From Azolla caroliniana (taxonomy: Eukaryota; Plantae; Polypodiophyta): 64,000 bases of DNA. The notes below the pieces were generated by a model. It did not search any database and was not told the DNA's origin. It saw only the letters and a list, made by a program, of their open reading frames with translations. Positions 10,986-23,995 of the stretch are shown in pieces. The translations under genes and the position numbers were made by a program. How positions within the stretch are numbered: position 1 is the first letter of the stretch; the number at the start of each line of letters is the position of its first letter. Location: positions 9,176,001 through 9,240,000 of the forward strand of contig JBHGNT010000016.1 of assembly GCA_043228905.1 (NCBI GenBank), in the 5' to 3' direction.

Positions 10986-13900
10986 ATGACTACGCCAACA
11001 GACGACCCGGCTACGGAGAGAGCACGAAGACTTGTTGAACGGCACCGGCGGAAAGAGGCTTTCCAGCAAGCGGCGGAAGAAATCCGATCGGATCGATCAT
11101 TTTCCAAAGTGATCCGGAAAGTGGCGGAGGAGTCGCTCCGTCTACAACAAAACGCTTACCCGGACAAAGGAAGAAGCTTAAGCAGCCTCCGAGAAGCGGA
11201 ATCCCTTCTCCAGGCCTTGGCCTGAAGAGACGGAGAATCTTGGAACCTCTACGAACGGTATGCACGATCATCGACTTTCGCACAAGCACCGTCGACCAGG
11301 TCATCGACCGGGTTAGAGAAATGGAGAAAACGAGCTCTTGACTAACAATGGGAGCCCTCCAACGAGCATTACCAACCGATGAGGATCTCCGGTTCCGGCA
11401 AGCAATCCAATGCACGACCTGCTTGAATTCCAGACACTCGGCACTGGAGTGCACCATGCGGACGCACTACTTACTCTGCCAATCTACGAGCCACACGATG
11501 GACTGGTGCGAATATAACTTATTGAATCGGCAAGCACCACCAGTCCGGCAAATCGAGCCACGTAGCAGCCGAGACGAAGAAGACGAATGTTGGCGGCGAG
11601 AGGAGCGATATCGACCGGCACAGGATGTCCGGTACGGCAATTGGCGAGACAACTATGACCGGTACGAGACATATGACAGGTACCGAGATTACAATGGACG
11701 GTACGAGCATTACAACCGGGATCACTCCCCCGGGTATCACCAACGACGGGAAGATTACGGGAGATATGACGACCAACCCCGTCAAGGGTACCACAACAAA
11801 AAGAACTTTAATAAAAAACGGCATTTCAAAAAAGGGAGCCACCCACGTGAACCGGAAAAAGGCACCTCAAGCAGCCAACCGGACTAAAGCGCCGCGGTTA
11901 CCACAGGTCCTCCACCGGGTACAGGAAACAATGTCGAATCCAGCAATACCCGGAAAGCATATTGATATTATTGCCAGCAAGAAGGACATTATAGTAATCA
12001 ATGTTCGGCAAAGAGCTATGACAAGCGACCGGCAATGAACATGGTAGTCGCCGAAGTTGCAGACCTACAACAGGTTACCACAAGGTCGAAGGGCAAGGTG
12101 ACGGAATGGGAGACACAAGAGGCCATCCGGAAGCAAGCAATGGAATGGGTGAAAAAGGCAAATGAGCGTAACGTAGCAGAACTTGCGCAACAAAAGGAGA
12201 ACACCGAAGAGCTCGCCGACGGCCGTCAAACCGAAAATGTGACATGGCAGGCATTGCAGGAGTGCCAAATCACGCTGCCATTAGGACGACTCCTGCAACT
12301 AGTGCCCAGATTCACAGAAGGACTCAAGACATGCATGACGGCCGGAGAAACACCACCGGCACCAACATTTTTCTCAAATCCGGAGGAGGGACCGACGGTG
12401 GTAGACACAAACAGTCTGGCGATCACACCCATCGTGAAGGGAAAGGAGTTACCCGGAATAGTAATAGATGGAGGATCCGGCGTCAATGTGATTAGCCTTC
12501 GAATATGCACAACTTTAGGAATCCAAGAGTGGGAACCATGCCCGTTCTGGCTACGGACGGCAAATACAAGCTCATTGCGACCGACCGGCTTGATACGAGA
12601 TTTGGAAGTAACAATTGGCGGCCACACATTTCGCATCTCGGCAGTAGTGCTACAATTACAGGCACAAGGAGCTTACCCGCTATTGTTGGGGCGGCCGTGG
12701 CTAAAAACGACGCACATTAAACAAAACTGGAGGAAGAATATAATCACCTTCCGGCGGGGAAAAGCAAAAGTACGGGTACCGACACAACCACGGACGGGTG
12801 CCGGGAAGGAATTGACACCCCTATATGCCGAATGTGTCAATACGTTGGACGGATTAGCAAACGAAGAGGTGGATCAATACTTGCAAGATAATCCGAAGAT
12901 AGTACCTCTGTTCGAAATCGACGTAACAGAAGCCGTATCACCATACAGAGTCCCACCGGACGGAGCGGACGAAGAACCAAATAAAGAAGTGATCTGGGAG
13001 CTATGGCAAGCACAAGAAGCGCTGGAAAGAGAAATGGCCGTATCACAACGGATTAAAGCATCCCAACTAAAGGAGGTAAATCTAGGAACTACGGAAGAGG
13101 CGAGACCGGTGCAGATAGCCAAGGAAATGACTACGGAGAACAGAATGGCGATGATTACACTTCTCAAAGAGTTTCGGGACGTGTTTGCCTGGTCCTAGGA
13201 GGATATGAGAGGGCTCGATCCTCAGCTATATCAGCATCAAACACATTTGAGCAAAGACGCCAAATCGGTAGCACAGCGACGGTACCGGATGAATCCAAAC
13301 TACGCCGCCAAAGTCAAGGAGGAAATCAACAAGTTGTTGAGGGTTGGCTTTATCCGTCCCATAAAGAAATCTACATGGCTGAGCCCGATAGTAGTCGTAC
13401 CAAAGAAAAACGGCAAAATTAGAGTATGTGTCGACTACCGGAAGCTTAATGCGGCAACGGTAACTGATGCATTTCCACTTCCATTTACGGATGGAGTTTT
13501 GGATGCAGTCACCGACCATGAGGTATACAGTTTTTTAGACGAATTCAGCAGATACAACCAGATCCGAATGCACCCCGATGACCAAGAGAAAACGGCTTTC
13601 GTCACTGAATGGGGAGTGTTTGTTGCCGTAGTGATGATATTCGGACTAAAAACGGCGCCGGCAACGTGCCAAAGGATCATCATGGAAATATTCGGAGAAT
13701 TCATACCGGCATTCATGCAGGTGTTCCTTGACGACTTCGTCGTTTACAGCCGGGAAGGAGACCACCTTCAGCACCTCCAACTGTGTCTAGAAAAGTGTAG
13801 GGCTTACCGGCTAAGCCTGAATCTGGCGAAGTGTGTATTCGGCGTGTCCAACGGAACGCTACTGGGGCACATTGTGAACAAGGAAGGCATCGTCGTGGAT

Positions 13901-15760
13901 CCGGAAAAAGTAAAAGCAATCCTGGAGGCACCAGCACCAACAACGGCAAAGGCATTGAGCCGTTTCTTAGGCCAAATTTGTTGGCATAGCCGAATGCTCC
14001 GGTATTTGGCAGACCTAGCTACACCACTGCATGCTGCGGTATACCAAACACCGTTCCAGTGGACCGACACCGAAGACAAGGCGTAATGGGCACTCAAAGT
14101 TCTATTGTTGCAAGCGCTGGGAGTGCAACCCCCGGATTGGGCGAAGGAATTTCATGTGTTCGTGGATGCGTCCGACATTGCAATCGGGAGTGCGCTGATG
14201 CAACTTACGGAGCCAAGATGGTACCGGCCCGTATATTACGCAAGCCGGAAGTTATCCCAAGCCGAACGAAATTATTCCACCACGGAAAGGGAAGCTTTAG
14301 GCATGATCTACAGCGTAACAAAATTCAGGCATTATTTATTGGGAAGAAAGTTTTCCTTCCATATAGATCATTCCGCACTCCTCTACCTAGTGTCCAAAGC
14401 ATCACTTACCAGTAAGTTGGCCCGGTGGACTTTGCTATTACAGGAATTCGAATTCGAGATATTCCACCAACCCGGCATACAGCATGCGGTAGCAGATTAT
14501 TTAAGCCAGTTAGATTCTAGCGAAACCGGCGACGGAGTACCGGACGAGTTTCCGGATGCTAAGCTATTTCGAGTCACCGCGGAAATGGCAACAGATGAAA
14601 CAGTGGCACCAGAAGATAAGTGACCAACAAATATGCACCAATTTCTGAGCACTGGATTGCCTCCGGAGGAGATGAACCGGGATGAGAGGAAACGCCTAGC
14701 GGTACAAAGCCGGCACTTCTGTTTATTACGGGACACGCTATACCACAAAGGTGCAGACGGTATATGGCGACGAGCGGTGCACAACAACGAGAAAGAGGTA
14801 ATACTACGGAAAGCACACTACAGAGTCGCCGGAGGCCATTATGCCGGGGACGCTACGGCAAGGAAGATATGGCAAAGTGACCTATGGTGGCCGACTACAT
14901 TGAAAGACGTAGTCCGGTACGCGAAAGAGTGTGATCTATGCCAGCGAATGGGCCAGCCAACAGAACAAGCTAGGATGCCGCACCAGCCAGTACTACCACT
15001 AAAACCATTTCAGAAATGGGGACTGGATTTTGTCAGACCATTTAAACCACCGGCAATGAGAACTGGCAACCAGAATGTGATCGTCGCGACGGACTACTGC
15101 ACTAAATGGGTGGAAGCCAAAGCCCTACGAGACAACACCGCGGCGTCGACAGCAAAAATTCTTATACGAATACATTTGGTGTCGGTACGGATGCCCCATA
15201 GAACTGATAAGCGACCAAGGAGGGCACTTTCTTGGACAGGTAGTGGAGAGCTTGACGTCATTCTATGCGGTAGTACATAAACGGAGGACCCTGTACTACC
15301 CACAAGCCAACGGATTAGCTGAGTCAACAAACAAAACGCTACAGAATATCCTGTGTTCGAAATCGGCAAGCTGGTACTAGTGTTCCAGACCTGGATGGGT
15401 AAAATGCCAGGCAAACTACGGTTAAGATGGACCGGACCGTACTGGATTACACGCGGGTTCAATGGGTCTTACCAGTTAGGGACACTTGCTGGCGAGGTGC
15501 TGGGTAAATGGGTCAACGGATTTAGACTAAAGCCATACAAAGGACCTATGCCCAAGAACCCATTTGAACGAAGGGCCGACACCGAATCGGACGCCGGCAG
15601 GCCAACCAAGACGGCAACCTGTGAGGAAAACGGCTACCACCAAGCCGGTAAGGAGGAGCACGAGCCGGCAACCAGGGAGAGCAAAACGAAGGCAAACCGT
15701 CAAGAGGCCGGCAAGGTGCGCATTTCGGGTAAGGGTCCGACAGGACCGGAGAAAAATTAG
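10986..15760 (+). pseudogene. gag-pol: gag-pol of G1 with stops, frameshifts and deletions
   Basis: Zinc knuckles, IDGGSG protease, VDYRKLN/FLDD RT, VDASD RNase H, H-H-C-C and WGLDF/TDY integrase, WTGPY C-terminal module. Confidence 0.92.
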
Positions 15761-16170
15761 TGACACAATTAATTTCAAAAAAAAAGAAAGAAAGAAAGAA
15801 AAATCGAATCAAAGAAATCATGCAAAGGAGTGGTAGAGACGGCCATGCAAACGAGGAGTAAAGAGGCACTTTGAAAAGTTACGAGGAGGCTATGAATAGG
15901 GCATTAAACCACCGCCACATGGCACAAAATGCTATTATAGTACACGACCTGCACATGCGTAAGCTCGAAAAAGGCGCCAAGATGCAAAGAGAAACCGCCC
16001 CCCGCATCGAGACATTCTTCTTTCGCGAACCAAGGAGAACAAACGCAGACAGACGCGTGAAGATCAATCGAAGAGAGCTCGCACACAGATAACCCCCTCA
16101 CTCTAAACTTTCTCTCTCACACTCTCTCCACCGTCAAACCTCACCAACGCTCTTCGACCTCGACGCAGAG

Positions 16171-16830
16171 ATGGACTGCCAAACACTGTCTGAAGCAGCC
16201 AAGAAATGGCTACAGCAACACGGACTGGAGGGTTTCTTGACGATCATGGAGGCAGCGCCACACAAGGAGGCCGAAAAGATTATCAAAGAAATCAACACAA
16301 AAGTGATAACGGAGGAGGTGATCCATGCGTTAACAGGGCTTCCGGAGGGGGGCATGTACACGATCGACAATCCTACCTCCGAGCAGCTCATCAAATATTT
16401 CAATGAGTATTCTCTCGCCAGCAAGGGCTACAAGACATAGGGCGGCGAAGATATGTTATTCCGCGAAATTGCCCATGTACTCCATGAGTTCAGCCACGTA
16501 TACCCTCGACCCCCCGTTATGCCTCAGAACCGAGCAGGCTTGATTATCGCAACGTATGAAGGGGTTAAGGTGGATTGGTCGGTGCTGATCGCCAATGGAT
16601 TGTGTGCGGCTATTGATACCGTAAGAGGTAAGGATGGCAAGGAAGGCAAAGAAGGCCAGAAAATATGGCATGCGGTGACGCAATGGCTCACCCTATTGGC
16701 GCCACCTGTCGAGCCCGTCTAGACCAAGAAACGGGGAAGAGCAACAAACGGCACCCCGAAACCTGCTTCAAAACGGCAACAGCTGTTGGCCTCCAAGGCC
16801 ACTAAGGGGAAGACGGCCGACGTAGAGAAG
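16171..16830 (+). pseudogene. G1 accessory ORF, N-terminal conserved domain
   Basis: ORFs 16171-16440 and 16453-16722 are in frame across a stop; homologous to G2 (~50000-50450) and G3 (44707). Confidence 0.7.
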
Positions 16831-17321
16831 TGTTAGGAAATCGACGCTTTCCAAACCTTCACCTCCCGGCCACAACCGAGGAAACACGAATCAATGCAGC
16901 AGAAAATCAAAAACACAGAGAGAGACTTGAATACACAGGGTTTAGCGTGGAAAACCCTAGACGGGAAAAACCACGGGTGTACAAGACTCCAACTATCACT
17001 ATACGCAGGGAATGTACAATGGCGAGCTGTAAGGCGACGACCTTGAGCTCGTTGTCCTCGCCACAGGCGGCGGTATTACACAGAGGCGTCGACCTCTTCC
17101 TTTCTCTCTCTCTCGGCTGCTCTCACTTCGCTCCCTCTAAGTGGAAAACAGAAAAATGAGCAACAACTACAAAATTGTTTGCCCTAAGTCATATTTATAC
17201 ACATATGACTTTCGGGCTATTTACAAATATAGCCTCAAGGGCCCTTGGCAAACATATTCACAAATATGTCCCCGCATCCGGATCTCTCTCCGGGTACATT
17301 CGTCATCCGGCTCCGTAGCCG

Positions 17322-17459
17322 GGGTCTTCATCATCCGGATCCGGAACCGGGTCTTCATCATCCGGATCCGAAACCGGGTCTTCATCATCCGGATCCGGAA
17401 CCGGGTCTTCATCATCCGGATCCGGAACCGGGTCTTCATCATCCGGCTCCGATACCGGG
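17322..17459. repeat. 27-bp tandem repeat in copia C1 LTR
   Basis: GGGTCTTCATCATCCGGATCCGGAACC x5 here; x3 at ~22141 and ~26929; x2 at ~32862. Confidence 0.95.
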
Positions 17460-17544
17460 TACTCCTCATTCGGGTCTTCATTCCCGATTCCCGGACATCC
17501 GACCATCCCATCCGGAGGGACCGTAATCCCAACAAACTCCCCCT

Positions 17545-20500
17545 TCACTTCGGCATGGGATGTCTTTCCAGTCCGACCCTCTTCCGGCATGCTTCCAGCT
17601 TGTCGGGTGTGAGCACTTTGGTCAGCATATCTGACCCATTCTCGTCCGTGTGGATCTTCGTCAGCACGAACTCCTGGTCTTCTATCCTTTCCCGGATCTA
17701 GTGATATCTTCGCTGGATGTGCTTCGTCCGGGAGTGATAGGCCGCGTTCTTCGCAAGGTGGATGGCACTCTGACTGTCGCAGTAGAGTCGGTACTCCTCC
17801 TCCCAGATACCGAGCTCTCTAATGAAGTCCTTCATCCATATTATTTCCTTGCCGGCTTCAACAGCCGCCATGTACTCCGCCTCCGTGGTTGACAACGCAA
17901 CCGTCTTCTGCAGCCTCGACTGCCACGAAACAGCTCCCCCTGCATACGTCATCACATACCCTGATGTGGACCGGCTGGTATCTGCATCAACTGACATATC
18001 CGAATCGGTAAAGCCGTCGAGTTCGGGCTTACCGGAGCCGAATCGGAGGCACACGCATGCCGTGCCCTTCAGGTATCGGAGTATCCACTTGGCCGCGTTC
18101 CAGTGCTCTTTGCCGGGATTGCTCATGTATCGGCTCACCACTCCGACTGCATATCCTATGTCCGGTCTTGTACACACCATTGCGTACATCAAGGTTCCGA
18201 CGGCAGAGGCATATGGTACTTTCATCATGTCCTCCTTCTCAGCCTTTGTCTTGGGACTTTGCTTGCTGGACAACTTGCAGTTTGCCGGGAGAGTTGACCC
18301 GACCGGTCTTGCTTCCGACATGTTGAACCGGTGAAGCACCTTTGTCACGTACTTCTCCTGTGACAGCCACAACTGCTTCCTCTTCCGGTCCCGGATGATG
18401 TGCATCCCTAGTATTTGCCTCGCCGGACCCAGGTCCTTCATTGAGAAGGTTCGGTGAAGCGCTTTCTTCAGCATCCGTATCTTGACCTAGTCCCGTCCGA
18501 CGATCAACATGTCGTCCACGTACAGGAGGAGTATTAGAAAGTCTCCTCCTTCGAACTTCTTCACAAACACGCAATGATCGGACTGCGTTTTGTGGTACCC
18601 TTCGTCGGTCATGAAAGAGTCGAACTTCCGGTACCATTGCCGGGGAGCCTGCTTCAGTCCGTAAAGGCTCTTCTTCAACCGGCATACCAGGTGCTCCTTC
18701 CCTTTCTTCTCGAATCCTTCCGGTTGCTGCATGTAGATCTCTTCTTCGAGGTCACCGTGAAGGAATGCCGTCTTCACGTCCATCTGTTCTACCTCGAGGT
18801 CCATGCTTGCCGCTATGCTCAGCACCGTCCGGATGGAGGTCATCTTCACTACCGGGGCAAATATCTCATCGAAATCGACGCCCTTCTTCTGCTGAAACCC
18901 CTTCACCACGATCTTGGCTTTGTATCTCGGGGGGTTTCCTGCATCTCCCGGTTTCAGCTTGAACACCCACTTGTTTCAAAGTGCCCGCTTTCCTTTCGGC
19001 AACTCCACAAGTTCATATGTGTGGTTCTCATGCAGGGAATCCATCTCCTCCTGCATGGCACTTAACCACCTGCGGCTATGGATGTCAAGCTTTGCTTCTT
19101 CAAAACTCTCCGGTTCTCCTTCGTCGGTTAGCAGCACGTGCTCTGGTTCCGGAAATCTCCGGGGGGCCCTTCTCTCTCTTAGAGGATATCTCCGTTCCGG
19201 AGCTTCGGTAACTGGCTCCTCCGTTTCCTCTTTATCCGAATCCATTTCGGGATCGGGGCCGGTTCCGGTATCAGTTTCATCTTCCTCGGCCGGTTCTGTT
19301 TCTTCACCGTCTTCGGCCGGATCCTCGAGTGCTAACCGGTCCCTTGCCGGTCCGGACTGCTCCTCGTAGAGTTGATCCTCACCGGTCGACTTGGAGCTCT
19401 TCATCTTCTTCTCCGACTCCCAGTCGGCGAGTGTCTTGTCCTCCATGAAGATGATATCACGACTCCGGAATATCTTTCTGTCGACCGGGTCCCATACACG
19501 GTAGCCGAACTCGTCATCGCCGTAACCGAGGAATATGCATGGCCGGGTCTTTGGATCTAGCTTTCCTCTCCGGTCCTTTGCCACATGCACATATGCGAGA
19601 CACCCGAACACCTTCAGATGCCGGTAGGATACTTCCCTACCGGTCCACACTCTCTGCGGCGTGTCTCCGTCCAAAGGTACTGAGGGTGATCTGTTTATCA
19701 CGTATGTCGCCGACGACATTGCCTCAGCCCAAAACCCCTTGGGTAATTTCGCATGCGCCAGCATACTCCGGACCCTCTCCATTATGGTCCGGTTCATCCT
19801 CTCGGCCAGCCCGTTCAGTTCCGGCGTCTTCGGCACAGTAAACTCGAGCCGGATTCCCTTCGAGCGACAATACTCCGCGAACTGCCCCCGGTATTCCCCT
19901 CCGTTATCCGCTCGTATCGCTTTCAGCTTCTTGCCGGATTCCCTTTCCACTCTCGCGTGGAGTTCTTTGAAGACGCACAACACTTGGTCCTTTGTCTTCA
20001 ACGGTGCCGTCCACAGCTTCCGGCTGTGGTCATCAATGAATGTCACGAAGTACTGGGCTCCGCCATGTGACTTCGTTTCTACTTGACACACGTCAGTGTG
20101 CACCAACTCCAATGGTGCGCTACGTCTCGTCGGTGGCCTTGAGTGGAAGGAGGTTCGGTTCTGCTTACCGGCCAGGCAATCGGTGCACTTCTCCAGGTGC
20201 ACATGCTTCACTGGAATAAGGTTGTCTTCTGCAAGCCTGTTCATCCCCTTCTCACTCATGTGGCACATTCTCTTGTGCCACAGCTCACCGGCAGTGTCGG
20301 CTGCCACGTTCAACTCCTCCGGACACAACCAGGCATTCATAAGGTATAGTGTGTTGACTTTCCGGGCCCGTGCCACTATCAGGCTCCCCTTGCTGAACTT
20401 CATTACGCAGTTCCGGATGCTACCTGTGTAGCCTTCATCGTCTAGCCTCCCGGCCGAAATCAGGTTCAATCTAACCTCCGGAACGTGTCGGACATCCTTC

Positions 20501-21618
20501 AACAACATTTTGCATCCGGTCGAGGTTGTCAACCACACGTCTCCTATGCCGGCAATCCGGCACGTACCTTCATTTCCCATCCGAACACAGCCATGCTCAC
20601 CGGCTGTGTAGGATGAGAAGTATCTTCTTTCAGGGGTCAGGTGGAACGACGCTCCGGAATCGACCACCCAGGTAGTCTCATCGCCGGCAATGTTTAGTTC
20701 ACCTTCTTCGGTGATGAGCATGATCTCCTCTTCACTTGCCGCGAGTGCCGTCGTTCCTTTCCGGTCCTGCCCTCGCCGATCCGAACCATTCCGGTCCGTG
20801 GCTCCCCGGTAAGCACCGTTCCGTTCCGAAGACTTCTTTGAATCGGTGTCGTCGGCTCCGTTGTCTTTTCGGTAATGCCGACAATTTTTTCGGAAGTGCC
20901 ACGGCTTCCCACAGTGGAAGCATGTGGGCCTTCCTCTTGACTGCGACCGGGTCCCCGACTTCTCCCGTCTTTGCGGACTCCAGTTCCGTTGTCTTCCCCG
21001 ATCCGATTCGGTAAGCAGCATCTTCGGATCGGAGGCCGGTTCTTTATCTCTCTGACGCGCTTCTTCGTTCAAAATGCTTGTCTTTACCGTTTGTAGAGAC
21101 AAGTTATCTTCGGTGCAGGCGGTGCTGAGAGTCACCACCAAGTTCTCCCAGCTTTCCGGCAATGTACACATCAGAATGATGGCTTGCATTGCATCCTCCA
21201 ACGGGAACTTGATCGCCGCAAGCTAGTTCACGAATCCCATGAACGTGCTTACGTGTTCCACCATACTCTCGCCGTCCCGGTACTTGAGGTTCACTATCTT
21301 CCTCATCAGGGAGGTCCGGTTCAACGCATTCTTCCTCTCGTAGAGGCCCGACAGCTTCTGCCACATCTCATATGCGTTGGTGTCGTTCGCCACATGTTGT
21401 GGAACGCTCACGTCGACGTATTGCCGAATGGTTGCAACGGCTTTCCGGTTCAGAAGCCTCCATTCCGTCTCAAGTACCCCCTTGGGTATTTCCGACCTGT
21501 CGATCGGTTCATACAGGTCCCGAACAATGAGCAGATCCTCCATCTTTATCTTCCAGTCGGCGTAGTTCTGCGCATTCAGCACTATCATCCCCGGCTGCCC
21601 GCTGCTGCCGCCTTCCAT
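17545..21618 (-). pseudogene. gag-pol: C1 gag-PR-INT-RT-RH polyprotein with in-frame stops
   Basis: CFHCGKPWH, VVDSGAS, HTDV/DNGGEY, YVDDM, TDSD..STTEAEY; stops at 21223, 18976, 18487 and 17698. Confidence 0.93.
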
Positions 21619-22756
21619 TTTCTGCACTGCAGTCGCTCTGATACCAGATTGTTAGGAAATCGACGCTTTCCAAACCTTCACCTCCCGGCCACAACCGAGG
21701 AAACACGAATCAATGCAGCAGAAAATCGAAAACACAGAGAGAGACTCGAATGCACAGGGTTTAGCGTGGAAAACCCTAGACGGGAAAAACCACGGGAGTA
21801 CAAGACTCCAACTATCACTATACGCAGGGAATGTACAATGGCGAGCTGTAAGGCGACGACCTTGAGCTCGCTGTCCTCGCCACAGGCGGCGGTATTACAC
21901 AGAGGCATCGACCTCTTCCTTTCTCTCTCTCTCGGCTGCTCTCACTTCGCTCCCTCTAAGTGGAAAACAGAAAAATGAGCAACAACTACAAAATTGTTTG
22001 CCCTAAGTCATATTTATACACATATGACTTTCGGGCTATTTACAAATATAGCCTCAAGGGCCCTTGGCAAACATATTCACAAATATGTCCCCGCATCCGG
22101 ATCTCTCTCCAGGTACATTCGTCATCCGGCTCCGTAGCCGGGGTCTTCATCATCCGGATCCGGAACCGGGTCTTCATCATCCGGATCCGGAACCGGGTCT
22201 TCATCATCCGGCTCCGATACGGGGTGTCGTGACTCTTGAGTAGGAAGCAGAGAGAGAGCGATGGCGATAGAGATAATGATAACGATAGAGATGGCGAGAG
22301 CGGTAGAGATAGCGATAGTGATAGCAAAAGAGAGTGAAAGAGGGAGAGAGTGCGAGAGAGAGAAAAGTATAAGTGAGAAATAAGAAATGGGAATGCGATT
22401 ATATTATGAGAAAGAAGATTACAAGGAGTAGGCTAAGGGCTAAAGACTGGTGTTGAACCGAATGAGTTGTGATGAGTGTATGGACTCTTATTTATAGGCC
22501 CTTATGGAGTATTCTAGAATGTTCTAGAATATTTTAGATATTTATGAATAATAATAATAATAAATATAATCATGAAATATTCAAGAACATTCTAGAATAA
22601 TCTAGAATGTTCGAAATATCTCGTAATAACTAAACATATAATTATTATGATTACATCTCACATATGTTATTACAATGGTTAAAGTACAATATGTAAACCA
22701 AGAGGTTATGGGTTCGATTCCTGGTTCGCCAAGATGAATGTCCAAGATGTATGTCT

Positions 22757-23910
22757 TCATGACATTATCCCCCCTTTTCGATGACGAGTTGCACGAGTCG
22801 GAAGAAAAGAGTTCAGACTTGGTTTATGAGGATATTGGTTGTGAAATGCAACAACCATGTCGGAGGCATTGGCAAGATGTTCGGCAGGCTCCCATGTTCG
22901 ATCATTAGGTGTATAGCCTAACCAATCAACCAAGTAGTATAGTTTGTTGCGAATGATCTTGGAGTCGAGGATAGCGGCAACCTCATATTCAGAGCCATTG
23001 GAAACGTCAATTGGAGGTGGGGGAGGTGTAACACGACCCGGAATAGAGCTCGTTGTGTAGGGCTCCAAAAGTGAAACATGGAAGTCCGGGTGAAGACGCA
23101 TATGAGGAGGAAGATCAAGACGAAATGTCACATCATTGATCTTACCACTTATGACATATGGGCCAAAACGTTGATAATCCAATTTGTAGCAAGGTCGGGT
23201 CGTTTTAATGCTACCTTGTAAGAGCCATACACGATCGCCTACTTGAAATGTAGTCGATGAATCACGCCGATGACGGTCAGCAATCTTCTTTTGAGTGTTT
23301 TGGGCTTCATATAAATGATGCAAAAGCATATCCTGAACTTCTTGGAGTCGAGTGAGCCGATCTTCAGCAGCTGGGTTTTTTGGGAGTTCAGGATGTTCAA
23401 GCATCGTCCAACGAGGATGGTACCCAATGTTTGCAAAAAATGGGGAATATCCAGTAGAAGAATGCTCGGAGTTGTTATAAGCAAATTCTGCCAAAGGTAG
23501 TAAATCCACCCAATCATCTTGTTGATAGTTGACAAAACAACGTAGATATTGCTCGACCGTTTGGTTGGTGCGCTCACTCTGCCCATTAGTCTCTGGATGG
23601 TAGCCGGAAGAGAGTTTACAAGAAGTATGTAAGAGTTTGAACATGTGCCGCCAAAATTTCGAGATGAATTGGGGACCCCGATCACTGATAATATCATCCG
23701 GAAGACCATGATGACGAAACACCTCCCGCATGAGTAAATCAACTGTCTCTTGACTAGTAATGGTCTTTGTGCATGGAAGGAAATGTGCCATCTTCGTAAA
23801 ACGATCGACAACCGTGAGAATCGAATCAAATCCCTTGGAAGGTGGAAGATCCGTAATAAAGTCCAAGGAAATAGATTTCCATGGGCTCTCCGGAATAGGC
23901 ATTGGCATTG
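22757..23910 (-). pseudogene. Integrase core plus chromodomain of B (N-terminally truncated)
   Basis: WKSISLDFIT...SDRG...QSER, GPY motif, EYEVAAILDSK..YYLVDWLGY..TWEP. Confidence 0.92.
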
Positions 23911-23995
23911 GTTTGAACCGAATATTTCTTTTCCCTTTCTCCAATAACCCTAGCAAGCTTTCTTCTTTATCCTTCTTTCTTTTTCCCCCGCGGTT

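Noticed and set aside
17141-17701. Repetitive ORFs (IIRIRNRVF, PDPDDED; also EPDEEYPATES at 50.5 kb)
   Set aside because: Produced by LTR tandem repeats whose unit length is a multiple of 3; open in several frames.
22668-22731. Functional tRNA gene
   Set aside because: Acceptor, anticodon and T stems do not pair well; only the boxes and their spacing are kept.
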